Below, piece by piece: positions 25,459 through 35,982 of a stretch of 64,000 nucleotides of DNA. How positions within the stretch are numbered: the first letter of the stretch is position 1; every line of letters starts with the position of its first letter. A program made the translations under genes and the position numbers. The stretch is from an uncultured Planctomycetota bacterium (GTDB lineage Bacteria > Planctomycetota > Planctomycetia > Gemmatales > Gemmataceae). Under the pieces are notes generated by a model. That model was not told the origin of the DNA and searched no databases. It was given only the letters and a program-made list of their open reading frames with translations. The stretch is from contig CAWKHF010000012.1 in assembly GCA_963849325.1 (NCBI GenBank), positions 992,001 to 1,056,000 on the forward strand. Direction: 5' to 3'.

Positions 25459-27240
25459 TTGTCACCATGCCAGGAGAGAACTGTGAGGGAGACAGCCGAA
25501 CGGGCGAGTTCGGCCCGGGCGGAGGCCGTGCTGCGCCTGGGCTGGCTTTCGCCGAGTGCCGCGTCCCTGGCTGTCCTCGGTCGGCCGCCGTCGGCCGCGA
25601 CCTGGTCGGCCATCCGCCGCGATCCCGGCGCGGTGCTGCTGGTGGTTCGCCGCGGTGAAGCTCCGTGGCCGGGACGAAGTTCCTCCGCCCCGTCGCCTGC
25701 CTTCTACACCTCCGCCTTCGAGCAAGCCGCGCTGATCGACGACGCCCTGCGTCTGCTCGATTCGTCCGACGGCTTCGTGGATTGGAACCGTCCCTCGGTC
25801 CAGCCGGTCTACGACGCTTGCCTGACCTTCGCTCGTTTGGCGCAGCGCCTGGCCGAGCGTACCGGCCGATGCGATCCGGAAGCGGCGTGGACGTGCGGTC
25901 TGCTGGCCCCGCTGGGCTGGTTGGCCATGTGTGCCATCGATCCGGAGTCCGTGTCGGCGTGCCTGGCCGACCCCGGCCTGCGCGGTGATCCCGCCGAGAC
26001 GCAGCGCCGTCATTGGGGCATCGATCAGGCCGCCATCGCTCGGCGCCTGGCCCGGCGCTGGCGCCTGCCCGCCTGGGCGACCGCCGCCGCCGAGCACCTT
26101 CACCTTCCGGCGCGCCTGGCGCAGAGCTTTCGCGCCGACCCCGTCCTATTCCCGCTGACGCGCCTGGCCGTCGAGGAAGCCCGCAAGCAGGGCGTGGACC
26201 TCGGGCTGGGCGGCGGCGCCTTCCACGCCGAGGATCGCAGTGCCCTGTTGATACCGGAGGGACAGGATCTCGGCGGCAGCCCGGTTGAGCCGGCCACCCT
26301 CCAGGTTTGGCAGGAGCCGCGCGGCGTCCCGCTGCTCCGCGAACTGCTGGAGTTGGCCGCCGAGAACCGCCGTCTCCGCGAGCAACCCTTGCACGATCAC
26401 CTCGAACAGGAGATCGACGCCCTGCACCGCGCCCTGGAGGAGCAGGTACACGGCGAGTCGCAGCGCTTGCAGACGGGCAAGCTGAGCGCCCTCGCCGAGT
26501 TCGCCGCCGGCGCCGGCCACGAGATCAACAATCCGCTGGCCGTCATCTCCGGCCAGGCCCAGTACCTGCTCAGCCACGAGAGCGATTGGTTCCACGACGA
26601 TGCCGAAGGGGCGCCGCGCAAGGCGCTGGAGGCGATCGTCGCGCAGACACGGCGCATCCACGGCATCCTGCGCGATCTGATGCAATTCGCCAAGCCGGCG
26701 CCGGCGTCTCCGGGCTGGCTCGACCTGCCGGCGCTCCTGGGCGAGGTGGCCGCCGGCCTGGGCGAGTTGGCGGCGCAGCGTCGCGTCCGCATCGAAGTGG
26801 CGGTGCAGCCCGACCGACTGCCGATCTACGCTGACGCCGTTCAGGTCCGCGCCGCCCTGTCCTGTCTGCTCCGCAACGCCATCGAGGCGGCGCCGGCCGA
26901 CGGCTGGGCGCGCCTGGTGCTGCGCCGGCCGGCCGAAGGCGAGCCGGTCGAGGTCGCCGTCGAGGACAATGGACCTGGACCTGAGCTGGCCCAGCGACCG
27001 CACCTGTTCGACCCGTTCTACTCCGGCCGTACCGCCGGACGCGGGCGCGGACTGGGACTGCCCATCGCCTGGCGCTTGGCCCATTTGCAGGGCGGCGACG
27101 TCCGCCTCGACCCGCCGCGCCGCCACGAACCGACGCGCTTTGTCCTGACCTTGCCGCGCCTGACCCTGCCTGACAGCGAGGTTTCCGACCCCGCCCTCCT
27201 ATCTCTCTCGTGTACCGCCAACGGCCGGCACGCTGGCTGA
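25459..27240 (+). CDS. HDOD-domain cytoplasmic sensor histidine kinase (start uncertain)
   Basis: HDOD-like IRRDPGAVLL, AWTCGLLAPLGW, RRWRLP; HisKA AGAGHEINNPL, LLRNAIEA, VEDNGPG, FDPFYSG, GRGLGL. Confidence 0.88.
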   Translation: MSPCQERTVRETAERASSARAEAVLRLGWLSPSAASLAVLGRPPSAATWSAIRRDPGAVLLVVRRGEAPWPGRSSSAPSPAFYTSAFEQAALIDDALRLLDSSDGFVDWNRPSVQPVYDACLTFARLAQRLAERTGRCDPEAAWTCGLLAPLGWLAMCAIDPESVSACLADPGLRGDPAETQRRHWGIDQAAIARRLARRWRLPAWATAAAEHLHLPARLAQSFRADPVLFPLTRLAVEEARKQGVDLGLGGGAFHAEDRSALLIPEGQDLGGSPVEPATLQVWQEPRGVPLLRELLELAAENRRLREQPLHDHLEQEIDALHRALEEQVHGESQRLQTGKLSALAEFAAGAGHEINNPLAVISGQAQYLLSHESDWFHDDAEGAPRKALEAIVAQTRRIHGILRDLMQFAKPAPASPGWLDLPALLGEVAAGLGELAAQRRVRIEVAVQPDRLPIYADAVQVRAALSCLLRNAIEAAPADGWARLVLRRPAEGEPVEVAVEDNGPGPELAQRPHLFDPFYSGRTAGRGRGLGLPIAWRLAHLQGGDVRLDPPRRHEPTRFVLTLPRLTLPDSEVSDPALLSLSCTANGRHAG

Positions 27241-27358
27241 AACCCCGGATGGGCTTGATCGTCCGGCGGCCGCGATGGTATAGCGATCCTCGAACCGGAG
27301 GCCCGAACCGCGCCGCACCTCGTTCGGCGCATCCGGCAATACTTGAACAGAGGAGAGC

Positions 27359-28252
27359 ATGTTCATGGATGCGAACGACGCTGCCGCGGCCCGATGCGGG
27401 GCGCCTCCGGCGGAGCGCCTCGAACGGGGCGAAGTCCTGTTCTACCCTACGGCTCCGTTCCCTCTTCCCGAAGGCGCCGACCTGGACTTTCTGCTGCATC
27501 AGGAGCTGGGGAGCCTGGCCCACAAGAACATCAGCTACAATCCCGCCAACGGCAAGGTCAACGGCTTCGTTCGCCGCGGTGCCGAACAGGTCGAGCAGCT
27601 CCGGGCCATCTTCGCTCGCTTCTCGACGTCGGCGACGAGCTGGTTGGCGAGTGTGCTGCCCTACAGCTCGGGTTGGCAGCTGGATCGCTGTAGCTTTCGG
27701 CCGCAGGAGGAGGCGACGCGGCGGCTGCGGCCGACCGCGCGCAACGATCTCTTGCACGTCGATGCCTTCCCCAACCGTCCCTCGCGCGGCAACCGCATCC
27801 TGCGCATCTTCGCCAACATCAACCCGCGCGAGCCGCGCATCTGGGTGACGTCGGACCCCTTCGCCAAGCTGCTCAAGCGTTTCGGCGCCGCCGCCGGCCT
27901 TCCGGGCCGCAACGGCCCGCGCTGGCTGGAGCACCTCGGTCAGAGCGTGCTGGCGATGTTCCGTCCCGGCAAGGGCCGCCGCTCGGAATACGACCTGTTC
28001 ATGCTGCGCTTCCACGACTACCTCAAGAGGAATGAGGAATTCCAGGAGCGCGGTCCGAAATATCTGCACACGTTCCCGCCCGGCTCGGTCTGGGTCGCCA
28101 TGACGGACACGTGCAGCCATTCCGTGCTGCGTGGCCGCTACGCCCTGGAGCATTCGTACTTCATCTCTCCGGCCGTCCTCGCTCTGCCGGAAGAATCGCC
28201 GCCGGTGCTGCTGAAAAAAGCCTGCGCTACCGACCTGCGGCGCACGGCATGA
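27359..28252 (+). CDS. Kdo hydroxylase family protein (KdoO-like Fe dioxygenase)
   Basis: HKNISY, NDLLHVDAFP, RILRIFANINP, YDLFMLRFHDYLK, FPPGSVW..TD..SH. Confidence 0.85.
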   Translation: MFMDANDAAAARCGAPPAERLERGEVLFYPTAPFPLPEGADLDFLLHQELGSLAHKNISYNPANGKVNGFVRRGAEQVEQLRAIFARFSTSATSWLASVLPYSSGWQLDRCSFRPQEEATRRLRPTARNDLLHVDAFPNRPSRGNRILRIFANINPREPRIWVTSDPFAKLLKRFGAAAGLPGRNGPRWLEHLGQSVLAMFRPGKGRRSEYDLFMLRFHDYLKRNEEFQERGPKYLHTFPPGSVWVAMTDTCSHSVLRGRYALEHSYFISPAVLALPEESPPVLLKKACATDLRRTA

Positions 28253-28266
28253 TGAGGGGGCCGCCT

Positions 28267-28329
28267 GTTTAGCCGCGACGCGCAGCGGAGCGCGGGAGTC
28301 CCGCGCTCCGCTGCGCGTCGCGGCTAAAC
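28267..28329. repeat. REP-like palindrome, family D (GTTTAGCCGCGACGCGCAGCGGAGCGCG)
   Basis: Perfect arms; identical arms at 38789, 41289, 58649 and 62170. Confidence 0.95.
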
Positions 28330-28344
28330 GAAAGAAACCGATCC

Positions 28345-29697
28345 ATGAATTCCCTCCGTCCCTGGCCCCTCCTCGGTATTATTCTCGCGCTTCTGGCGGG
28401 GGCTGGCCTGCGCCTGGCCTGGCCGGAGGACATCGAGTACAAGGCGGACGAAGCCTGGACCTTCGAGCACAGCCGCGACACGGACCTGCCCTGGCTGGGC
28501 ATGCCGTCGAGCGTGAACATCCCCAACCCCGGCATGAGCCTGTGGGTGTTCGTGCTGCTGCAACGCCTTTCCGGCGCGGCGGACCCGCCGGCCCTGGCGC
28601 GGGCGGTGCAGCTCACCAACGTCGCGGCGCTAGTGCTGCTCGTCGTCTTCGCCATTCGGCACGTCCCGCGCGGCGAGCGCGAGCCGTGGTTGTGGGCCGC
28701 CGCCCTGGTGGCGGTCAATCCGCTGGCGGTCCTGTTCCACCGCAAGATCTGGCCCCCGTGCGTGCTGCCCGTGTTGACGCTGGCGATGCTATACGGCTGG
28801 TGGTATCGCGGACGGCGCGGCCCGGCGTTCTTGTGGGGACTTGTTGGCGTCTGCCTGGGACAGATCCACATGGCCGGCTTCTTTTTCGCCGGCGGTTTCG
28901 CGCTGTGGGCGCTGCTGTTCGACCGGCCCTGGCGTGGCCGCGTCGCCTGGCCGGGCTGGCTGCTGGGCAGCCTGCTGGGATCGTTGCCGATGCTGCCGTG
29001 GATTGTCCACCTCGTCGCTCATCCGGTCGAACAGTCCATCAATCCGCATCGCTGGGTCCACGCCTGCGAACTGAAATTCTGGATTCGCTGGTTTACCGAA
29101 TCGTTCGGGCTGGGTATTGACTACACGTTTGGTCCCTGTTTCGGCGAGTTCCAGGGGTATCCCCTCCTCTTGGGCCGGCCGACTTATCTCGTCGGCCTGC
29201 TGCATGGGATCCTCGTCGGCCTCGCGCTGTTACTCGTGGTCCGTGCGGTCATCCTGCTGGGACGACTGCGCGGCCGATGGCGCGAGCACTGGATCGGCCG
29301 TGGTTCGCCGAGCGCCTTCACGCAGAACGCGGCCCTGTGGGGCTTCGGTCTGCTCCTGACGCTGTCGAGCTTCTCGATCCACCGGCATTACATGATCGTG
29401 CTGTTTCCTCTCGAATTTCTGTGGGTCGCCCGGCTTGCCCTGGCCCCGTCCGGCGATCGCCCGCAAACCGTCCGCCTGGGCCGCGCCGCCCTGGCGGTTT
29501 TGTGGACCGCGCAGCTCCTCCTTTCCGCCAACATGCTCCACTACATCCACGTCCACCAGGACCTTTCCGGCACCGAGTACGGCGTCCCTTACGGCGCTGG
29601 GAGACAGACGAAACCGCTCGGAGCCCGCAGCGTCAGCGAGGGGGACTTTCCCTCGCTGACGCTGCGGGCTCCGAGGAAAACATTTTTTCACAGATGA
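28345..29697 (+). CDS. Polytopic membrane protein, GT-C/ArnT-like glycosyltransferase
   Basis: DIEYKADE after the first TM, SSVNIPNPG, LFHRKIW, QIHM; about 10 hydrophobic segments. Confidence 0.7.
   Translation: MNSLRPWPLLGIILALLAGAGLRLAWPEDIEYKADEAWTFEHSRDTDLPWLGMPSSVNIPNPGMSLWVFVLLQRLSGAADPPALARAVQLTNVAALVLLVVFAIRHVPRGEREPWLWAAALVAVNPLAVLFHRKIWPPCVLPVLTLAMLYGWWYRGRRGPAFLWGLVGVCLGQIHMAGFFFAGGFALWALLFDRPWRGRVAWPGWLLGSLLGSLPMLPWIVHLVAHPVEQSINPHRWVHACELKFWIRWFTESFGLGIDYTFGPCFGEFQGYPLLLGRPTYLVGLLHGILVGLALLLVVRAVILLGRLRGRWREHWIGRGSPSAFTQNAALWGFGLLLTLSSFSIHRHYMIVLFPLEFLWVARLALAPSGDRPQTVRLGRAALAVLWTAQLLLSANMLHYIHVHQDLSGTEYGVPYGAGRQTKPLGARSVSEGDFPSLTLRAPRKTFFHR
29617..29675. repeat. Family-A-related palindrome within the 3' end of the GT-C gene
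   Basis: CTCGGAGCCCGCAGCGTCAGCGAGGG...CCCTCGCTGACGCTGCGGGCTCCGAG. Confidence 0.9.
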
Positions 29698-29823
29698 TGT
29701 CGCGCTGCCGAAAATGCCGATACTTATGGTTGGACGGGCCGCGGTAACAAGGAGCGGTCGGAAGCGGTGAGCCAGGAAGGCTCCCCGAGCCGTTCCGTGG
29801 CTCCCTCGGAAAGGATGACGAGA

Positions 29824-30144
29824 ATGCGAAAGTCCAGCCGTTTCTTGTGGCTGCACGGTGCGATGGTCCTGTCGGCGGTGATCGGCTGCAAATCGAACTC
29901 GTGCTGTTCGGGCAACAATTGCGGCACGCCGACGGGTGGTTCGCCGGCCGTCGCCGGCGTCCCCTACAACGGCACTACGACGATGTACCAGGGCGGTACG
30001 GCCGTGCCCTACGGCAACACGTCGGGCAGTCAGTCGTACATGCCGCCGTCGTCGTCGATGGCCGCCCCGCCGACGGGCGCGACGTCGTTCGCGCCGCCGA
30101 CGACCTCCACGACCACCTATCCCAATCTGGGTGGCCCGCATTGA
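29824..30144 (+). CDS. Small Cys-rich, Pro/Thr/Gly-rich putative lipoprotein
   Basis: MRKSSRFLWLHGAMVLSAVIG-C lipobox followed by KSNSCCSGNNCG. Confidence 0.65.
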   Translation: MRKSSRFLWLHGAMVLSAVIGCKSNSCCSGNNCGTPTGGSPAVAGVPYNGTTTMYQGGTAVPYGNTSGSQSYMPPSSSMAAPPTGATSFAPPTTSTTTYPNLGGPH

Positions 30145-30169
30145 GGCCGAGTCGCGCAAGGGATTCCCT

Positions 30170-30221
30170 ACTAGCCCGGAGCGCCAGCGACGGAGACCCG
30201 TCGCTGGCGCTCCGGGCTAGT
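30170..30221. repeat. Family-A-related palindrome
   Basis: ACTAGCCCGGAGCGCCAGCGACGG-agac-CCGTCGCTGGCGCTCCGGGCTAGT. Confidence 0.9.
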
Positions 30222-30309
30222 CTTGCCGTCTCCCTACGGGGATATGGTATGATTCCTCCGCTTGCCCGCTGGGACAAGGAATAACCGCCGACTTCGGAGG
30301 AGGATTATC

Positions 30310-30591
30310 ATGGCCAAGAAAACGACCTGCCCCATCAGCCGCACCGACTTCCGGGCCAAGGCCAAACCCATCACCGTGACCATCGCCAACGTGCCGCAGA
30401 TGGCCGAGGTCAAGGAGTTCTCGACCGGCTCGCTCGGCTGGTATCTCAACGGCCGTACCACCATCGAGATCGAGGGCCAGCACGTTCCGGTCCTCATCAA
30501 CGCCAGCCTGGTCATCGTCGGCAGCAAGGAATTGCCGGCCGATCCGGCGGTCGGCGGCGCCTCCGCGCCCACGTCCGAGGACGTGGCCTGA
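30310..30591 (+). CDS. Small conserved hypothetical protein (KEFSTGSLGW motif)
   Basis: Strong RBS GGAGGAGG, extended -10 TGGTATGAT at about 30245, high codon bias. Confidence 0.85.
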   Translation: MAKKTTCPISRTDFRAKAKPITVTIANVPQMAEVKEFSTGSLGWYLNGRTTIEIEGQHVPVLINASLVIVGSKELPADPAVGGASAPTSEDVA

Positions 30592-30696
30592 GACACGTTC
30601 CCGCGGGATGGTGGGTCATTTGGGCGATTCCTTGCTGAGGGCGCTGATGTGAGGGAGAACCTTTCCCCGTGTGGTCTGGAGATAGCACAGGTCTAA

Positions 30697-30808
30697 GAGA
30701 CTGTCCCACAAGGGTGTGGCGGCACGTTTCCAACGTGCCGGAAGACCGGAAAATCCAACAAATCGGCACGTTGGAAACGTGCCGCCACAGCCCTTATGGG
30801 ACAGTCTC
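30697..30808. mobile_element. 112-bp MITE-like element with TAA target-site duplication
   Basis: Termini GAGACTGTCCCA...TGGGACAGTCTC flanked by TAA at 30694-30696 and 30809-30811; internal palindrome GTGGCGGCACGTTTCCAACGTGCCG. Confidence 0.7.
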
Positions 30809-30969
30809 TAAGCGACACGACCGCTTTGACAAGGTTCGGATGCAAGGCAGACAAGCCGCCTTACCTCGTGGAGCGCCGCGGCGATGGGAAGATGTCGGTC
30901 GTCTTCCACTCCACCAGGCGTACTTCCACATTCTTCGACCTCCTCGTCGAGGAGGAAGGGCGGTCTCGC

Positions 30970-31455
30970 TTACAGAGAGGCCAGCAGCTCCTTGACCTTT
31001 CGCTCGATCTGATCGCGCACGGCGCGATACTGCTCGGGCGGCATCTCCTTGGGATCGGGAATGTCCCATTCCTCGCGTCGCCGGGCCGGGATGGAAGCGC
31101 AAGCCTCGTCGCCGCAGCCCATGCCGATGACGACGTCGAACTCCTTGACCGGAAGGTCCGCCACCGATTTCGAGCGGTGCCGCGTCAAGTCGTAGCCGAC
31201 CTCGCGCATGAATTCGACGGCGCGCGGGTTGAGCCGGCCCGACGGCCGCGAGCCGGCGCTGTACGCCTCGATCCGCTCACTGCCGTGGATGTGCGCGAAC
31301 GCCTCGGCCATCTGACTGCGATTGCTGTTTTCGATGCAGACAAACAGGATGCGCTTGGGCACTGGTGCGGCGGATGGGGAGGTTGCACACCCCATTATCA
31401 ACGAGAAGCAGATAAATGGGATGCGCTTTAGCGCGAAGGAGACGGATGGGTTCAT
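30970..31455 (-). CDS. arsC: Arsenate reductase (LMW-PTPase fold, thioredoxin-type)
   Basis: ILFVCIENSNRSQMAEAF (CX5R), AYSAGS, GMGCGDEAC, WDIPDP; ATGA-coupled to the aquaporin gene. Confidence 0.85.
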   Translation of the reverse strand: MNPSVSFALKRIPFICFSLIMGCATSPSAAPVPKRILFVCIENSNRSQMAEAFAHIHGSERIEAYSAGSRPSGRLNPRAVEFMREVGYDLTRHRSKSVADLPVKEFDVVIGMGCGDEACASIPARRREEWDIPDPKEMPPEQYRAVRDQIERKVKELLASL

Positions 31456-32124
31456 GAGCGTGTTTCCTTGGCGGAAGGCTGGGGGAAAGGTTCAAGAAAG
31501 CACCAGCCGAGCGGTACGGCCAACACAGCACCGGCGACGGGAGCGATTAGGTAAATCCACAGACTCTCGACGTTTCCGCTCACCAGCGCCGGCGCCAGCG
31601 AACGCGCCGGATTCATCGAGGCGCCGCACACCGGCCCGGCGAACAGCGCTTCCAGGGCGATGACGGCGCCGACGGCGACGCCGGCCATGATGCCTTTCTC
31701 CTTCGCTCCCGTGGAAACCGCCAGGATCACCACCATGAGCAGCAGCGTCAGAATCAGCTCCAACACGAAGGACTGCCAGGCCGGTCCGGCTGGCGGCGTG
31801 GCGCCGAGCGTCGCATGTTCCCAAAAGAGCAGCCGCAGCAGAGCGCTGGCCAGCAGAGCGCCGGCACACTGGCTGACGATGTACGGCACCACCCGGCGAA
31901 GCGGGAAGCGTCCGGCCGCGGCGAAGCCCAGCGTCACGGCGGGGTTGATGTGCTGCGCCGGACACGTCGCCCAGCGCGTAAATCAGGGCCAGCACGATCA
32001 GGCCGAACGTCAACGAAATGCCGACGTGGGTGACGTGGCCGCGGACGTTGTTGACGACGATGGCCGCCGTGCCCGCGAACACCAGGGCGAACGTGCCGAA
32101 CAATTCCGCCATGAGTTTCCGCAT
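31452..32124 (-). CDS. MIP-family aquaporin, likely arsenite channel (frameshift near 31955)
   Basis: AELFGTFALVFAGT, SGAH-NPA split by the frameshift, second GASMNPARS; directly upstream of arsC. Confidence 0.88.
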
Positions 32125-32177
32125 ACGGTCTCTCTCGCCAACCAGGGTGTCCTTCACGACGATGCGAGCGGACCAAT

Positions 32178-32201
32178 CCGAGCCGCGACCGTCAGGGAGC
32201 G
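32178..32201. repeat. Single arm of family B
   Basis: CCGAGCCGCGACCGTCAGGGAGCG, identical to the 56207 arm. Confidence 0.8.
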
Positions 32202-32215
32202 AACAAAAATGCCAT

Positions 32216-32322
32216 TTGACCACGGATAACACGGATAACACGGATAAAACAAAAGAAGCGTGCGGGTTTTCTTTATCCGTGTCATCCGTGTTATCCGTGT
32301 TATCCGTGTTATCCGTGGTCAA
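32216..32322. repeat. Family-E nonamer fold-back element
   Basis: TTGACCACGGATAACACGGATAACACGGATAA...TTATCCGTGTTATCCGTGGTCAA. Confidence 0.9.
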
Positions 32323-32483
32323 GTTGCATTTAGTTAGTGGCCTTTACGGTTGCGGCTCGGTTTGGTCTAAGGGATGGTCCATCGATCGTCCAGGGTCGCG
32401 CGACGGTCCTCTTGCGGTTCAACGCCGACATGCTTACCATGCCTCCGGCGACCGAGGCTTTCCGCTTTCTTCCGGGAGAGAGA

Positions 32484-33596
32484 ATGGTGTTACGATCCTT
32501 CAGTATGCTCGTGGTCTTTTCGCTGCTTGGCGCCGCGACCGGCAGTGCTCGCGCCGAGAAGATGGAATGGATAAGGGTCGGCAAGGACAAGCGTTCCTTT
32601 GTGCTCGCCTCATCGGGACGGCCGTTCGTGCCCTGGGGTTTCAATTACGACCGCGACGCGCGCGGCCGATTGCTCGAGGATTATTGGCTCGACGAATGGC
32701 GGAAGGTCGAGAGGGACTTCGCCGCCATGAAAAAGCTCGGGGCCAACGTCGTGCGCATTCATCTCCAACTGGGCCGCTTCCTGGATGGCGCGGACAGGAC
32801 GAACGACCCGGCGCTGGAGCAGCTGGAACGCCTCGTGAAATTGGCGGAACGCAGCGGCCTGTACCTGGACCTGACGGGCCTGGGCTGTTACCACAAGAAG
32901 GACGTGCCCGCCTGGTACGACGCCCTGGCCGAGAAGGATCGCTGGGCGGCGCAGGCCCATTTCTGGCAGGCCGTCGCCGGTCGCTGCGCCGACAGTCCGG
33001 CCGTCTTCTGCTACGACCTGATGAACGAGCCGGTCGTACCCGGCGGACGGCGCGAGGGCCACGACTGGCTGGGGCCGGCGTTCGCCGGCAAGCATTATGT
33101 CCAGTTCATCGCGCTCGATCAGGACGAACGACCGAGGGCCGACATCGCCCGCCAGTGGGTGAAAACGCTGACGGCGGCCATCCGCAAGGTGGACCGCCGC
33201 CATCTCGTCACGGTGGGCCTGGTGGACTGGAGCCTCGACCGTCCCGGCCGTTTGTACTCCGGCTTCGACCCGGCAAAGGTCGAGGCCGACCTCGATTTTA
33301 TCAGCGTCCACATCTATCCCAAAAAGGGGAAGATCGGCGAAGCGCTGGAAACGCTGGCCGGCTTCGCCGTCGGCAAGCCCGTGCTGATCGAGGAGACGTT
33401 CCCGCTGAGCTGCTCGATCGAAGAACTGGCGGAGTTTTTCGACGGCTCGAAGAAGACCGCCGCCGGCTGGTTGGGGTTTTACTGGGGTCAGTCGGCGGAA
33501 GATCTGAGCCGTTCGGAAGCAATCGGCGACATATTGACGCGGCAATGGCTGGAATTCTTCGAGAAGCGAAGACCGTCTGTTACTCCCGGCCGATGA
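32484..33596 (+). CDS. Secreted clan GH-A (GH5/cellulase-like) glycoside hydrolase
   Basis: Signal peptide; [22 protein letters not shown] (acid/base), SVHIYP, PVLIEET (nucleophile). Confidence 0.85.
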   Translation: MVLRSFSMLVVFSLLGAATGSARAEKMEWIRVGKDKRSFVLASSGRPFVPWGFNYDRDARGRLLEDYWLDEWRKVERDFAAMKKLGANVVRIHLQLGRFLDGADRTNDPALEQLERLVKLAERSGLYLDLTGLGCYHKKDVPAWYDALAEKDRWAAQAHFWQAVAGRCADSPAVFCYDLMNEPVVPGGRREGHDWLGPAFAGKHYVQFIALDQDERPRADIARQWVKTLTAAIRKVDRRHLVTVGLVDWSLDRPGRLYSGFDPAKVEADLDFISVHIYPKKGKIGEALETLAGFAVGKPVLIEETFPLSCSIEELAEFFDGSKKTAAGWLGFYWGQSAEDLSRSEAIGDILTRQWLEFFEKRRPSVTPGR

Positions 33597-34533
33597 GGAC
33601 GCCCGTGAGGAACACGAGCAGGCCGCCGATGACGACTTGAAAGATCGCCGATGTCCACGGCGTATCCATGAAGCGATGGCGTATCCAGGAGATGGCCGCC
33701 AGCTCCACGATCACGACGCCGATGGCCACGCTGGTGGCCCAGAAAAAAGCGCTGGATACCGTGTCGGGTACCAGGTAGGGCAGCGAGTGTCCCAGGCCGC
33801 CCAGGGCCGTCATGAGTCCGCAGATCAGGCCGCGCACCCACGGCCGACCGCGGCCGGTCAGGCTGCCGTCGTCGGACAGCGCCTCGGCGAAGCCCATGCT
33901 GATGCCGGCGCCGAGACTGGCGGCCAGGCCGACCAGGAACGTCTCCTTGTTTTGCCGCGTGGCGAACGCCGCCGCGAACAGCGGCGCCAGCGTCGAAACC
34001 GAGCCGTCCATCAACCCCGCCAATCCCGGCTGCACCACTTGCAGCACGAACTCGCGCTTCGCGCCGCCGCCTCGGTGTCCACGTCTTCGGCGACCATGCC
34101 CTCGGCGATGCGCTCGTGCTTGCGCTCCTCTTCGGCCAGATCGCCCAGCAGTTGACGCACGCCGGCATCCGTCGCCTGGCGGGCGGCTTTTTCGTAGAAG
34201 CGTTTAGTTTCCAGTTCCATCAAGGCGGCCTGCTTGCGCACCGCGTCCAGGCCCAGCGGCCGCACCAGCCACACCGGCTTGCGACTGACGAAGCCCTTGA
34301 CATCGTGACGGCGCAGCAGCGGGATGTGTTCGCCGAAGCGCTGGCGATACAGATCCAGCAAGCGATGACGATGGCCGTCCTCCTCGGCGCAGCCGGCGAA
34401 ATTCCTCGGCCCGAGCGGGATGGCTCGTCTTCAGGCCGTCGGCGAAATCGTCGTAGATACGGGCGTCTTCCTCTTCGAGAGAGATGGCCAGGGCCAGGAT
34501 CTCCTGCTCGCTGAGGCTCTTGAAGCTGCGCAT
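33580..34533 (-). CDS. mbfA: Rubrerythrin-like/VIT1 membrane-bound iron exporter (frameshifted)
   Basis: [60 protein letters not shown]. Confidence 0.88.
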
Positions 34534-34645
34534 GATGGTTGCTCCCCACGAGTTTCCTTCCATCTTAGGGCGGACGGTTGCAGTCGTGGCGTCCATTCTC
34601 CATAATCATCCGCATGACCCCTGATCCCTTGCACGAGGACACCCC

Positions 34646-35881
<1,236 letters not shown>

Positions 35882-35982
35882 AGCCGTCCTTGACGGTCGG
35901 CCGGCATGGCGGGTGACGGCCTTGCGTCTCTATAATGAAAGGGAAGAGAGTAACGAATCCTCCGACACGAGCACTCACACGC

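Noticed and set aside
30812-30969. Possible small ORF between the MITE and arsC
   Set aside because: No convincing start, RBS or motif in any frame
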